From sequence record LC739537.1: a stretch of 64,000 nt of DNA; one strand, written 5' to 3'. The first letter of the stretch is position 1. Every line of letters starts with the position of its first letter. This document shows positions 18,350 through 27,728 of this stretch, one piece after another. The notes under the pieces were generated by a model. It was not told where the DNA came from and searched no databases. It saw only the letters and a list, made by a program, of their open reading frames with translations. The stretch comes from Escherichia phage phiWec188. The position numbers and the translations under genes were made by a program.

Positions 18350-19421
18350 TTTACATAACGAGACTTACAAAACAGGTAAATATCCAGTTTTCATGGGGGA
18401 ACAGTTGGGGATTTTTGATTCTATCAACGTGACTTACCCTGAAATGCACCGTCTGTATAAACTCCAGAAAGCCCAAGATTGGGATGAGAATGAAGTGGAT
18501 CTTAGTCAGACCCGTAAAGACTTTGTAGCGTGTTCAAAAAACAACTACGATGTTATGATCAAGAACTTGTCGTTCCAGTGGGAGAATGATTCCCTGGCAA
18601 AATCAATCATCACTTTGTTCTCTCCGTTTTTGAGCAACAATGAAGCTTGCGCTATGATGATGAAGCAGAGTGAAATGGAAGTGCTTCATGCTCTAACTTA
18701 CTCGGAGATCGTTCGCCAGTGTACTCCAAACCCTGTAGAAGTTATTGATCAGATTATGGAGAACGATAAGATCTTCAACCGTATGGGTATCATTGCAGAG
18801 ATCATGGGAGATTTGGAAGAAGCAGGTCACAAATATGCACTTGGTCTGATTGAAGCTGATGATAAACTACGTTTGCTGGTCATGAAAGGTCTGGTAGCCC
18901 TGATTGGTCTGGAAGGTATCCAGTTTATCTCTTCTTTCTCGGCAACGTTCGCCTTGGCAGAACAGCAACTGTTTGTAGGTGCTTGTAAACTGATTCAGAA
19001 AATCATGTTGGATGAAATCCTGCATGTTAAAATGGACTATGCTGTCATTGATGCTCTGATGCAAGATCCTGTGTGGAAGAAGATCTACGAAGATAACATC
19101 GAAGAACTTACAACTATTCTGGATACAGTTATCGCTCAAGAAGAGCAGTGGTGTGATTATCTGTTTAGTGAAGGACGTTTTATCGTTGGGCTGAATGCTG
19201 AACTATCCCGTCAATGGGTGTACTTCAATGCGGCTCCAATTTATCGTCGTCTGAAGATGAAGCACAGCTTTAAATCTCCTAAACAGAACCCACTACCTTG
19301 GATGGACATTTGGTTAAACCCAGATCAGATTCAAGCAGCGGCGCAAGAGATCCAGGTTACAGCTTATAAACTGAACTCGGCTAACAAAGATGTTTCTGAT
19401 GATATGGAGTTTGACTTTTAA
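18336..19421 (+). CDS. nrdB: ribonucleoside-diphosphate reductase class Ia beta subunit (361 aa)
   Basis: R2-type ferritin-like helices with conserved E/H iron ligands, adjacent to nrdA; GGAGGA RBS. Confidence 0.9.
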   Translation: MAAINLHNETYKTGKYPVFMGEQLGIFDSINVTYPEMHRLYKLQKAQDWDENEVDLSQTRKDFVACSKNNYDVMIKNLSFQWENDSLAKSIITLFSPFLSNNEACAMMMKQSEMEVLHALTYSEIVRQCTPNPVEVIDQIMENDKIFNRMGIIAEIMGDLEEAGHKYALGLIEADDKLRLLVMKGLVALIGLEGIQFISSFSATFALAEQQLFVGACKLIQKIMLDEILHVKMDYAVIDALMQDPVWKKIYEDNIEELTTILDTVIAQEEQWCDYLFSEGRFIVGLNAELSRQWVYFNAAPIYRRLKMKHSFKSPKQNPLPWMDIWLNPDQIQAAAQEIQVTAYKLNSANKDVSDDMEFDF

Positions 19422-19639
19422 TGAAACTTAAATGTGTAGGATTGATCGACACATTCAAAGACGTATTTGACAAAGGGGCTTCCTATGAAGCCTCGGAGTT
19501 AAAGAACGGTTTTTGTGATGTGCATGGTAAACGTCTTAAGAAAAACGGAGAACCCTGGCTTGGTGTTATGTCTTGTGGTCATATTGTGGTTAACGGTGTT
19601 GCAAAGTTTGAAATCGTAAAGGAGGAAGATAATGAGTGA
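19421..19639 (+). CDS. hypothetical protein (72 aa)
   Basis: TAATG overlap with nrdB stop. Confidence 0.5.
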   Translation: MKLKCVGLIDTFKDVFDKGASYEASELKNGFCDVHGKRLKKNGEPWLGVMSCGHIVVNGVAKFEIVKEEDNE

Positions 19640-19775
19640 GTTTCGTTTTTGCCCTATTTGTGGTGGTACAGGTAATGCCTTAATTAGTGCGGAGCAGTAC
19701 AGCCCGTGTTGGCATTGTTCTGGTAGTGGTTTGGTAGTTGAAGAAAACAAAGAGGAGGAAAAAGATGGGGATTGA
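19632..19775 (+). CDS. small zinc-ribbon ORF (47 aa)
   Basis: AAAGGAGGAAGA RBS; CPICGG...CWHCSGSG; overlaps neighbours by a few nt. Confidence 0.4.
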   Translation: MSEFRFCPICGGTGNALISAEQYSPCWHCSGSGLVVEENKEEEKDGD

Positions 19776-20091
19776 TATCGAGTGGAAGATGGTGCAAGGC
19801 GCACCATATAAGAAATGGGAAGAAGTGTTTAAAGGCGATCCGCAGATTGAAGATCAATTCGATGGGGATTTCAACTGGTTTCTTTACGAAGGTATTGGAC
19901 TGGTAAACGTATCCCCGTGGTATGATGCAGATCCTGAAGATTGTGTCTTTGGTATTGAACTTGCGTCAGGATGCAGCGCACGGGCAATAGACCTCACAAG
20001 CTTGGATAAAAAAGCAAACGAGATCTATTTTGAACTGCTTAATAAGTATAACATTGAAACTGAAACGTTAGTATCACAGAACGTCTGGTAA
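19765..20091 (+). CDS. hypothetical protein (108 aa)
   Basis: GAGGAGGAAAAAG RBS at internal ATG of ORF 19738..20091. Confidence 0.5.
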   Translation: MGIDIEWKMVQGAPYKKWEEVFKGDPQIEDQFDGDFNWFLYEGIGLVNVSPWYDADPEDCVFGIELASGCSARAIDLTSLDKKANEIYFELLNKYNIETETLVSQNVW

Positions 20092-20100
20092 GGAGATTAA

Positions 20101-20298
20101 ATGAAAGACCAAATGATTAATGGACCTCGTGTAACAGTTAGTCCTAAAACTTTTGCATCTCTTCTGGACGACACTGGTGAGGTTTATACTTACACAAGAG
20201 ATTCACTGCCTCTGCCTGAAAGTGCACAGGGTTCACGTTCGCTTTTTTATAAAGGTGTTCTTTTTACGGAAGCAAAAGAAGACAAGGAGACTAAATGA
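20101..20298 (+). CDS. hypothetical protein (65 aa)
   Basis: TAAGGAGA RBS. Confidence 0.5.
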   Translation: MKDQMINGPRVTVSPKTFASLLDDTGEVYTYTRDSLPLPESAQGSRSLFYKGVLFTEAKEDKETK

Positions 20299-21287
20299 GA
20301 TACCTGGTAACAGGTGGTCTTGGTTTCATTGGGAGCGCCGTAGTGCGCTCTCTTTGTCAAGATCCTAAAAATGAAGTTTTTGTTATTGATAAAATGGGCT
20401 ATGCTGCTGACATTGAAAATGTCGGAGATATTACTCATGCGAAACTAAGCATGACAGATCTGGTCGATGAAGCACAAGTTAAAAACTTGGTTGTTGAGTG
20501 TAACCCTGATTTCATCATTCACTTGGCAGCAGAGAGTCATGTAGACAATTCGATCAAGAATCCACGAGCTTTTATCGACTCTAACATCATCGGTACATAT
20601 AATCTGTTAGAAGCTGCAAGGCTTCTTCCTAAGAACAAGCTGAAGATGTTTGTACACGTCTCTACAGACGAAGTGTACGGCGATATGGAGGACTCTGGTG
20701 CTCCCTTTACCGAAGAGACAGCTTATGCTCCTTCAAGCCCATACAGCGCGTCTAAGGCGGCATCTGATCACCTTGTCAAAGCTTGGCACCGTACTTACGA
20801 TTTACCTGTAGTGATAACCAACTGTTCCAATAACTTTGGGCCTTACCAACACCCTGAAAAATTGATTCCAAAAGTGATCACGAACATCTTGACAGACCAA
20901 CCTATTCCCGTATACGGTAAAGGCGATCAGGTACGAGATTGGCTTTTCGTAGAAGATCATGCACGAGCTATTATTTTGGCAGCAACGGGCGGGGAAGTAG
21001 GACAAACCTACAACGTAGGTACACGCAATCCTAAAACAAACATGGAAATCATTTACATGATTTGTGATTACATGGATGCTGTTCACCCATCCTTCGGGAC
21101 ATACCCTGCTTCCGGTTTGATTAGTTTTGTTGAAGATCGTAAAGGTCATGACTTGCATTATGAAATCAATCCTGCTAAGATTGAATCTGAACTGGGTTGG
21201 AAAGCAAACTCTACATTCGAAGAAGACTTGTACTCTACGATTGAATGGTATTTAAATAATCCTCAATGGTGGAGTATGAAGATTTAA
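20295..21287 (+). CDS. rmlB: dTDP-glucose 4,6-dehydratase (330 aa)
   Basis: N-terminal Rossmann GGLGFIGS, catalytic YSASK (YxxxK), SDR extended family; first gene of 4-gene rml cluster. Confidence 0.85.
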   Translation: MRYLVTGGLGFIGSAVVRSLCQDPKNEVFVIDKMGYAADIENVGDITHAKLSMTDLVDEAQVKNLVVECNPDFIIHLAAESHVDNSIKNPRAFIDSNIIGTYNLLEAARLLPKNKLKMFVHVSTDEVYGDMEDSGAPFTEETAYAPSSPYSASKAASDHLVKAWHRTYDLPVVITNCSNNFGPYQHPEKLIPKVITNILTDQPIPVYGKGDQVRDWLFVEDHARAIILAATGGEVGQTYNVGTRNPKTNMEIIYMICDYMDAVHPSFGTYPASGLISFVEDRKGHDLHYEINPAKIESELGWKANSTFEEDLYSTIEWYLNNPQWWSMKI

Positions 21288-21295
21288 GGAGGGTT

Positions 21296-22174
21296 ATGAA
21301 AGGTATTATTTTAGCGGGAGGAAGTGGAACCCGCCTACATCCTGTAACACGCAGTGTGAGCAAGCAATTGCTCCCTGTGTATGACAAACCTATGATTTAT
21401 TATCCTTTATCAGTCTTGATGTTGTCAGATATTAAGGATATCTTAATCATCACAACCCCAGGCGATCAGGAAGATTTTGAGTATCTTCTTGGAGATGGGT
21501 CTATGTTTGGAATAAAGATCACTTACGCAATGCAGTCTGAACCACGAGGTCTTGCAGATGCTTTCATCATCGGTAAAGATTTTATTGGGGAAGATTCTGT
21601 TGCTCTTATTTTAGGGGATAACTTGTTCTTCGGACAAAGTTTCGGAAAACTCCTTATCCAAGCCAGCGAAATGGTGGATGTTTGGGGTGGAGCTTGTATC
21701 TTCGGGTATCTGGTGAAAGATCCTGAACGATTCGGTGTTGTTGAGTTTGGAAGTAATCGCCAAGCTATCTCTATTGAAGAGAAACCGGAACATCCCAAAT
21801 CAGACTATGCAGTCACGGGTTTGTATTTCTATGACAACTCTGTTGTTCAACGTGCATTGGAAGTAACTCCTTCCGATCGTGGAGAACTGGAGATCACAGA
21901 TATCAATCGCAGCTACCTCGAAGACAGGAAGTTACAAGTGGAAGTTCTTGGAAGAGGATTCACTTGGTTGGATACAGGGACACACGCCAGTCTAATGGAA
22001 GCAGGTCAATTCGTGCAGACTATTGAGAACTGCCAAGGATTGAAGATTGCGTGCCTGGAAGAGATTGCTTTCAAAAAAGGGTGGATTTCTTTAGAGACTT
22101 TGGTGTATCATGGCAACTCATTGAAGAAAACAGAGTACGGGCAATATCTGTTAAAATTAGCGGAGGGTAAATGA
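21296..22174 (+). CDS. rmlA: glucose-1-phosphate thymidylyltransferase (292 aa)
   Basis: [16 protein letters not shown]...[18 protein letters not shown] signature of RmlA; TAAGGAGGG RBS. Confidence 0.9.
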   Translation: MKGIILAGGSGTRLHPVTRSVSKQLLPVYDKPMIYYPLSVLMLSDIKDILIITTPGDQEDFEYLLGDGSMFGIKITYAMQSEPRGLADAFIIGKDFIGEDSVALILGDNLFFGQSFGKLLIQASEMVDVWGGACIFGYLVKDPERFGVVEFGSNRQAISIEEKPEHPKSDYAVTGLYFYDNSVVQRALEVTPSDRGELEITDINRSYLEDRKLQVEVLGRGFTWLDTGTHASLMEAGQFVQTIENCQGLKIACLEEIAFKKGWISLETLVYHGNSLKKTEYGQYLLKLAEGK

Positions 22175-22731
22175 AAATAAAAGAATTAAGTATTCCTGGT
22201 CTGGTTGTCTTTAAACCTCAAGTTTACAAAGATGATCGTGGTTCCTTCACGGAGACGTTTAACGAGAAGATTTACGAAGAGGTTATTGGCAAACAAACGT
22301 TTGTTCAGGATAACCATTCATTCTCTACTTTAGGTGTTCTTCGCGGAATGCACTTTCAAGTAAATAACCCGCAAGGTAAGCTTGTACGTTGCACACGAGG
22401 TGAAGTTTTTGACGTGGCTGTAGATCTTCGTGAAGGTAGTCCAACCTTCGGACAATGGGAAGGTGTGATTCTTAGTGGGTGTAACAATAAACAGTTGTGG
22501 ATTCCACCTGGCTTTGCACATGGTTTTGTTGTAACCTCTTATGAAGCCAACTTTGAATACAAGTGCACCAACTACTACGATCCGGCATCTGAACGTAGTT
22601 TGTTGTGGAACGATCCTACTGTGAATATTGATTGGGGTTTTGATATGATTTTCAATGATGAGAATTTTGTACCCATCATTTCGGAAAAGGATGCACAAGC
22701 TAAAACACTGAAGGAGCTTATGGGATCATGA
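22171..22731 (+). CDS. rmlC: dTDP-4-dehydrorhamnose 3,5-epimerase (186 aa)
   Basis: cupin-fold RmlC segments ([21 protein letters not shown]), ATGA overlap with rmlA. Confidence 0.85.
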   Translation: MKIKELSIPGLVVFKPQVYKDDRGSFTETFNEKIYEEVIGKQTFVQDNHSFSTLGVLRGMHFQVNNPQGKLVRCTRGEVFDVAVDLREGSPTFGQWEGVILSGCNNKQLWIPPGFAHGFVVTSYEANFEYKCTNYYDPASERSLLWNDPTVNIDWGFDMIFNDENFVPIISEKDAQAKTLKELMGS

Positions 22732-23570
22732 AAACATATTTAGTATTGGGTGGTAATGGTCAATTAGGTCAGGCACTGCGTAAAGTGGTGCCGGAGAATG
22801 TGACTTTGGTGTATCCAGAAAAGCGTGTAGATATCACCAGTTTTGAAGCTGTGCGGAAAGCGATCATGGAAACCCCAAATATTAACGGTGTTATCAACTG
22901 TGCGGCATACACTGCTGTGGACAAAGCCGAGACAGATGTTGATGCAGCTATGGCTGTAAATTTACACGGGGCAGCTAATATTGCTGCCTTCTGTAAGGCT
23001 TGGGATATTGACATGGTGCATATTTCTACTGACTATGTGTTCAACAGCGATAAACCGTTGTTCCATCAGGATGAACCCAACCCTATCAATGTTTACGGGT
23101 TATCTAAAAGTTTGGGTGAAGCTGCTGTTCGTGGTATCTACCATAAAGCTTTTATTATCCGCACGGCTTCTGTGTATAGCGAGTTTGGTAACAACTTCCT
23201 GAAGACTATGGTATCTCGTTACAACGATGGTCAAAGAAACTTCTCGGTAGTTGCAGATCAAACATCTCGACCAACTTATGCCCCAGATTTGGCTAAGATG
23301 ATTTTCCAAGTGTTGGAAACAGGATATAACACCCGTACTTTGCATTACGCTGGGAACATCACTGTTTCGTGGCACCAGTTCGCAAAAATGATATTGACAC
23401 GTATGCCTGAATCTGTTATTATACACCCGACCTCTGCTGCAACCTATAATTCGGCAGCGATGCGACCAGCAAAGTCTATACTAATTACGTCTGGTTGGAA
23501 CGAACCTTCAAGCGTCGGACAAGGTATTGAAGAATCTTTAGCAGTATTACTTAATAAGGAGAGAGCATGA
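22728..23570 (+). CDS. rmlD: dTDP-4-dehydrorhamnose reductase (280 aa)
   Basis: N-terminal GGNGQLG Rossmann motif, ISTDYVF segment; follows rmlC with ATGA overlap. Confidence 0.8.
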   Translation: MKTYLVLGGNGQLGQALRKVVPENVTLVYPEKRVDITSFEAVRKAIMETPNINGVINCAAYTAVDKAETDVDAAMAVNLHGAANIAAFCKAWDIDMVHISTDYVFNSDKPLFHQDEPNPINVYGLSKSLGEAAVRGIYHKAFIIRTASVYSEFGNNFLKTMVSRYNDGQRNFSVVADQTSRPTYAPDLAKMIFQVLETGYNTRTLHYAGNITVSWHQFAKMILTRMPESVIIHPTSAATYNSAAMRPAKSILITSGWNEPSSVGQGIEESLAVLLNKERA

Positions 23571-23827
23571 ATTTTGTAATTTACGGCAAACCAAATTGCC
23601 AGTTCTGTGAAATGTCCAAACAACTCTTAACTATGCGTGAAAAAGAGTTTGAATATCTGACATTAGATCAAGATTATGATTTTGAAGTGATGACTCAAGC
23701 AGTGATCGCAGCAACAGGAATTGCACCTCGCACCTTCCCGCAGATCTTTGTGGAAGAGCTTGGAGCAGTAACCCACGTAGGCGGTTTTACCGAACTGCGT
23801 GATTTCATGGCTCAAATTGCGGAGTAA
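23567..23827 (+). CDS. glutaredoxin / NrdH-like redoxin (86 aa)
   Basis: CQFC active site, TFPQIFV and GG motifs of the glutaredoxin fold. Confidence 0.75.
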   Translation: MNFVIYGKPNCQFCEMSKQLLTMREKEFEYLTLDQDYDFEVMTQAVIAATGIAPRTFPQIFVEELGAVTHVGGFTELRDFMAQIAE

Positions 23828-23832
23828 TATAA

Positions 23833-23982
23833 ATGAAAAGTAAACAGAAACGTAAGATCTTTTCTCGTGCTTTAGCAAACGAGCTTAAGTCCAACACAAA
23901 GAAGACGAAACCGAAACGTGAGACTTCTCCTGAACATTTACTGTTTGACGAACTGGATCACGGAGTAGAGGACGACGAATAA
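23833..23982 (+). CDS. small basic/acidic ORF (49 aa)
   Basis: fills gap between glutaredoxin and lysozyme; GGAG 8 nt upstream. Confidence 0.3.
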   Translation: MKSKQKRKIFSRALANELKSNTKKTKPKRETSPEHLLFDELDHGVEDDE

Positions 23983-23990
23983 AGGAAAAC

Positions 23991-24494
23991 ATGGCTAAAA
24001 AAGTAGTAGATGAGTTTGACATGTTGGCTGTTGATGAAGGACTGAAGCTGACTGTTTACCCAGACACCTTGGGATATTGGACAGTCGGCATTGGACACCT
24101 CTTAACTAAAAAGAAAGATAAGGCGGAAGCTATTCGTATTCTGGATGCTCTTGTTGGTCGCAAGACTAACGGAGTTATCACAGAGAAAGAAGCCCGTGCT
24201 ATCTTTGCTGACGATGTTGAAAAGGCGAAAAAACAGATTAAAAACAGTTCCATTCTTGCCCCAATTTATGATAAGGTGAGTGAAACCCGTAAACTGGCAA
24301 TCATCAATATGGTGTTCCAGTTGGGGTTAACCGGAACGGAAGGCTTTAAAAATAGCTTGACTTTAATCAGTAATTCGTACTATACTCAAGCTGGTAAAAA
24401 CATGAGAGCCAGTAAATGGTACTCTCAAACGCCAAACCGTGCAGAACGAGTAATCAAGGTTCTAACATCTGGGACTCTTGATTCTTACAACTAA
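23991..24494 (+). CDS. T4-type lysozyme (GH24 endolysin) (167 aa)
   Basis: strong collinear similarity to T4 lysozyme from memory: DEGLKL...YPDT...GYWTVGIGHLLTK...INMVFQ...SKWYSQTPNRAERVI (catalytic Glu/Asp/Thr positions conserved). Confidence 0.9.
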   Translation: MAKKVVDEFDMLAVDEGLKLTVYPDTLGYWTVGIGHLLTKKKDKAEAIRILDALVGRKTNGVITEKEARAIFADDVEKAKKQIKNSSILAPIYDKVSETRKLAIINMVFQLGLTGTEGFKNSLTLISNSYYTQAGKNMRASKWYSQTPNRAERVIKVLTSGTLDSYN

Positions 24495-24495
24495 C

Positions 24496-24518
24496 AAAGG
24501 GGCGCAAGCCCCTTCTAT
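24496..24518 (+). terminator. terminator-like hairpin GGGGC-GCAA-GCCCC with weak U-tract
   Basis: stem-loop directly after lysozyme stop; coordinates approximate. Confidence 0.4.
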
Positions 24519-24531
24519 AAGGAGTGCTACT

Positions 24532-25287
24532 ATGGGAAAAACAGCTACCGCTAAATCACCGCGCCAGAAGTTAGCTTCTAATGCGAAAGTAGAAAGTCGT
24601 TATGCTGCAAAAGCAGTTGGAAATGATGACTATCGTTTAGATGGGTTTTCACCAGAAGGAGATCAGCAGCAAATCGTTCAAAGTATGATCTGGAATGATC
24701 TTACAGTCGTAAATGCTCCAGCAGGGACAGGCAAGACTTCCGTGACTTTATGGAAAGCTTTGCAGATGCTTCGAGCAGGAGATTTCCGTAAGCTTCTTTT
24801 TATTAAAAACCCGACTGAAGTTGGTGATGATCAGATTGGTTTCCTTTCGGGAGATAAAACTGATAAACTGGCGGCGCACTACGAATCAACCAAACGAATC
24901 TTCCAGCAGTTTATGACTGCAAACAAATTAGAGAATGATATTGGTTCCGGTAAGATTGAACTTAATATCCCGAACTACCTACTGGGTGCTACCCTGGACA
25001 ACACTATCGTGATCATTGATGAAGCACAGCTTATGTCTCCAGAAACATTAAAACTTCTGGTAGAGCGTGCAGGGATCAACACTCATGTTGTTGTTCTTGG
25101 AGATGTTCGTCAAACCTACGCTATCAAAAAGCGTGCAAACGGTTTGAAAGATCTTCTTGACAAAGTTGCCCCTGAAGGTGAAGATGGTGTTCGTGTCCCT
25201 CTGGTAGACTTTATCGGTTATGTGCAGTTAACCACAGATGACAACAAACGATCTCGTTTGTCTAAGTTCATCACGGAAATTTATTAA
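24532..25287 (+). CDS. phoH: PhoH-like ATPase (251 aa)
   Basis: Walker A APAGTGKTS, Walker B IVIIDEAQ, typical PhoH length; internal ATG with AAGGAG RBS. Confidence 0.85.
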   Translation: MGKTATAKSPRQKLASNAKVESRYAAKAVGNDDYRLDGFSPEGDQQQIVQSMIWNDLTVVNAPAGTGKTSVTLWKALQMLRAGDFRKLLFIKNPTEVGDDQIGFLSGDKTDKLAAHYESTKRIFQQFMTANKLENDIGSGKIELNIPNYLLGATLDNTIVIIDEAQLMSPETLKLLVERAGINTHVVVLGDVRQTYAIKKRANGLKDLLDKVAPEGEDGVRVPLVDFIGYVQLTTDDNKRSRLSKFITEIY

Positions 25288-25325
25288 TAACAAAAAGCAA
25301 GGATGCTTTATTAAAGGGAGGGTCG

Positions 25326-25823
25326 ATGGTACAGACAATTATAGATCGGACTGGTATTGATGAATGTTACCAAACTGGGCTTGTGAAGCCTAACGAGTTC
25401 CGACAGATTTGCGTGAATCATATTGAGAAAGAAATTGCACTAACTTTGGAGAACCTTACCCTCCGAGACAAGCTGTCAATGTTTGTGGCTTGGTGTAAAG
25501 GTGAAGATTGGTTATTGGCCCATTTTCAAGAACTTTCTGATAGTCAAGAAGGCTTATATGAATGTATAATAGGAATAGCTGGCTCCAATCCTGAACTTCT
25601 CCATTTGGAAGAAGAAGAGGCGAAGTTACTGTTCTTAAGCAACATGTTCAATCGTAAAGCATTGCTTGTTCGTGAGTGTAGTGATCTTTTAAATCATCCA
25701 CTGGCGATCACAAACGAAATACTGGTTGACAAAGAGACATTACGTGCGATAGACTATCTGCGCAAGTATGTCAACGGCGGGAAAGCAGTTCTTAAAACAT
25801 TAACAGAGGAGGAAGCAGAATGA
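25326..25823 (+). CDS. hypothetical protein (165 aa)
   Basis: AAAGGGAGGG RBS. Confidence 0.5.
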   Translation: MVQTIIDRTGIDECYQTGLVKPNEFRQICVNHIEKEIALTLENLTLRDKLSMFVAWCKGEDWLLAHFQELSDSQEGLYECIIGIAGSNPELLHLEEEEAKLLFLSNMFNRKALLVRECSDLLNHPLAITNEILVDKETLRAIDYLRKYVNGGKAVLKTLTEEEAE

Positions 25824-26506
25824 CTACAATTATCGCAACCAAAAACAAGATCCTTAGCGACGGTAAAGTAACTTTCGGTGGTCGTGTAGATTCAACCAAT
25901 TTCAAGAAAGTACGTAAGATTGGGGATTATCTCGTAGGTGGCGCAGGGCGTTTAACTTCGGTTTTAGCTTTCTTCCAGTGGTTCGAACAGAACCTGCAAT
26001 GTGAAGCGGCGCGTGAGGCAGTGCCTGGGTTGATGATCAGTTCTAACCCTGATCGTGAAGATGAAGAGTTTATTGCTCTCGTTGTTCACCCAGACGGACG
26101 TATTTTCCTGCATGAAGGTAATGATCCTACCCGTGCATACCCAATCGACGAAGAATACTACGCAGTAGGCAGTGGTTCCGATTTTGCGCTCGCAGCACTG
26201 GATGGTGGTGCTTCTCCAGAAGCTGCTATGGAGGTTGCCAAGAAGCGTGACGCATACTCTGGTGGCGAAACATTCGTTGAAGAATTAGACGAGATCATCG
26301 AACTGACTGACGAAGATCTCGAAAACTTCACCAAACAAGAACTGATCAACCTGCTTAAGTTTGGCGATCCTGCTGGTGAAGAAACTCCTCGTGACGTGGC
26401 AGGTGACGAGACGGCAGGAGAAGTTGTAGTAGAAAAAGACTTGACTTCAAAACCGGAAAATATTAATCTCGTAAATGTAGCGGATTTCGAGAATCCCGCT
26501 TCTTAA
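25820..26506 (+). CDS. HslV / proteasome beta-subunit-like Ntn-hydrolase with acidic C-terminal extension (228 aa)
   Basis: N-terminal MTTI (Thr directly after Met), KKVRKIG...VGGAG and AVGSGSDFALAAL segments parallel HslV (TTIV..., KKVRRL..AGFAGG, AIGSGG). Confidence 0.55.
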   Translation: MTTIIATKNKILSDGKVTFGGRVDSTNFKKVRKIGDYLVGGAGRLTSVLAFFQWFEQNLQCEAAREAVPGLMISSNPDREDEEFIALVVHPDGRIFLHEGNDPTRAYPIDEEYYAVGSGSDFALAALDGGASPEAAMEVAKKRDAYSGGETFVEELDEIIELTDEDLENFTKQELINLLKFGDPAGEETPRDVAGDETAGEVVVEKDLTSKPENINLVNVADFENPAS

Positions 26507-26511
26507 TAAAA

Positions 26512-26535
26512 CTGCCCCTTCGGGGGCATTTCTTA
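26512..26535 (+). terminator. rho-independent terminator (GCCCC-TTCG-GGGGC + ATTTCTT)
   Basis: GC stem-loop after stop; coordinates approximate. Confidence 0.5.
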
Positions 26536-26551
26536 CGCAGAGGAGATTACT

Positions 26552-26989
26552 ATGTTGAACGTTCCTGTTAAATTCGTCGATAGCTGTGTTAATGCTTACC
26601 AACAAACTTGTAAACGTGCCTCAAACTGTTTGCAGTCTTTGATTCAAACGCGGTACGTGATCCAAAAGAAAAGAAAGTGGTTTGGTAAGGATTCTTATAG
26701 TGTTAATGCGTTCGGGGAGTATCAACTCCAGTATGACGATAACATGCAACACATCTTAGAGTTTTTACTGATAAAAGATAAAATCTCCCCTGCGGATTAC
26801 CAGTTACTTAAATTCTACGATCAGAGTTTGTCTATTGAGGAAGTTATTCAAGATATCCTTTCTCGTAAGACAGATAAGAACACTGTTGGTATTACAAACT
26901 TAGAGATGCAATTGCTCAATGAGATCTTTTTGTTTGTGGAAGATGAGTCTGTAACTAAGGAGGAGCTTTTAAATGGCTTTAAGCTATGA
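26552..26989 (+). CDS. hypothetical protein (145 aa)
   Basis: GAGGAGA RBS. Confidence 0.5.
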   Translation: MLNVPVKFVDSCVNAYQQTCKRASNCLQSLIQTRYVIQKKRKWFGKDSYSVNAFGEYQLQYDDNMQHILEFLLIKDKISPADYQLLKFYDQSLSIEEVIQDILSRKTDKNTVGITNLEMQLLNEIFLFVEDESVTKEELLNGFKL

Positions 26990-27481
26990 TCGTCCAGAGT
27001 CCGATTACTATCCGACTCCGCAAAAAGCGATTAACTCGTTATTTAGCATTATTGATTTTAAAAATTTGAAAGAGGAAGGATTTACATTTGCAGAACCGTG
27101 TAGAGGACAAGCAGCGGCTATTTACCGTCACTTTCCTGAAGGTTCTCAGTATTGTGAGCTTGAAGAAGGTAAAGATTATTTTAGTCACGTATGGGAAAAT
27201 CGTCCCGACATTATAATCACGAATCCTCCATTCAAGCTGGCATTAGAGTTCTTGGAAAAGAGCTTGAAAGAAGCAGACGTGTCAGTCTACCTGCTTCGCC
27301 TGGGATTCCTTGAGTCAAAGAAACGTCGAGCGTTTCATCAAGAAAACCCCCTACGAATTTGATTGTACTCTCCGAACGTCCTTCGTTCGTAGCAGGTGGA
27401 ACAGATAAGACAGCGTATGCTTGGTACGTATACGATCCAAAACAAATTTTGGGTCTAACTCAACCATTTTATTTCGTTTAA
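26973..27481 (+). CDS. phage Dam-like N6-adenine DNA methyltransferase, interrupted by a -1 frame change at an A4C5 tract (about 27343-27351)
   Basis: frame 1 (26973..27362) carries YYPTP and IIITNPPF (motif IV-like); downstream -1 frame continues ...SERPSFVAGGTDKTAYAWYVYDP to a stop at about 27481; junction at GAAAACCCCC (heptamer A_AAC_CCC). Confidence 0.45.
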
Positions 27482-27491
27482 GGAGCACACT

Positions 27492-27728
27492 ATGGCTAAA
27501 TTTACTATGACCGTTTCTATTGATTTTGATGATGAGGACGGAGGCATTAACTTAGGTATTGCTCAGAGCCTGGAAGGTGATTTGAACCCGACACAAGCAG
27601 CTATGGCGGTATTCTTTAAAGATACCATAACAGTTACAGCAACACATTCTGCAAATCAAACTGTAGATTACGGTAGCATGGTTCAAGCCTTGGTTGATGC
27701 TCAAAACGGTGAAGATTGGGATGATTAA
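27492..27728 (+). CDS. hypothetical acidic protein (78 aa)
   Basis: TAAGGAG RBS. Confidence 0.5.
   Translation: MAKFTMTVSIDFDDEDGGINLGIAQSLEGDLNPTQAAMAVFFKDTITVTATHSANQTVDYGSMVQALVDAQNGEDWDD

Noticed and set aside
26481-26500. Hairpin GCGGATT...AATCCCGC inside the 3' end of the HslV-like gene
   Set aside because: Lies within coding sequence with no U-tract; likely coincidental or codon-driven.
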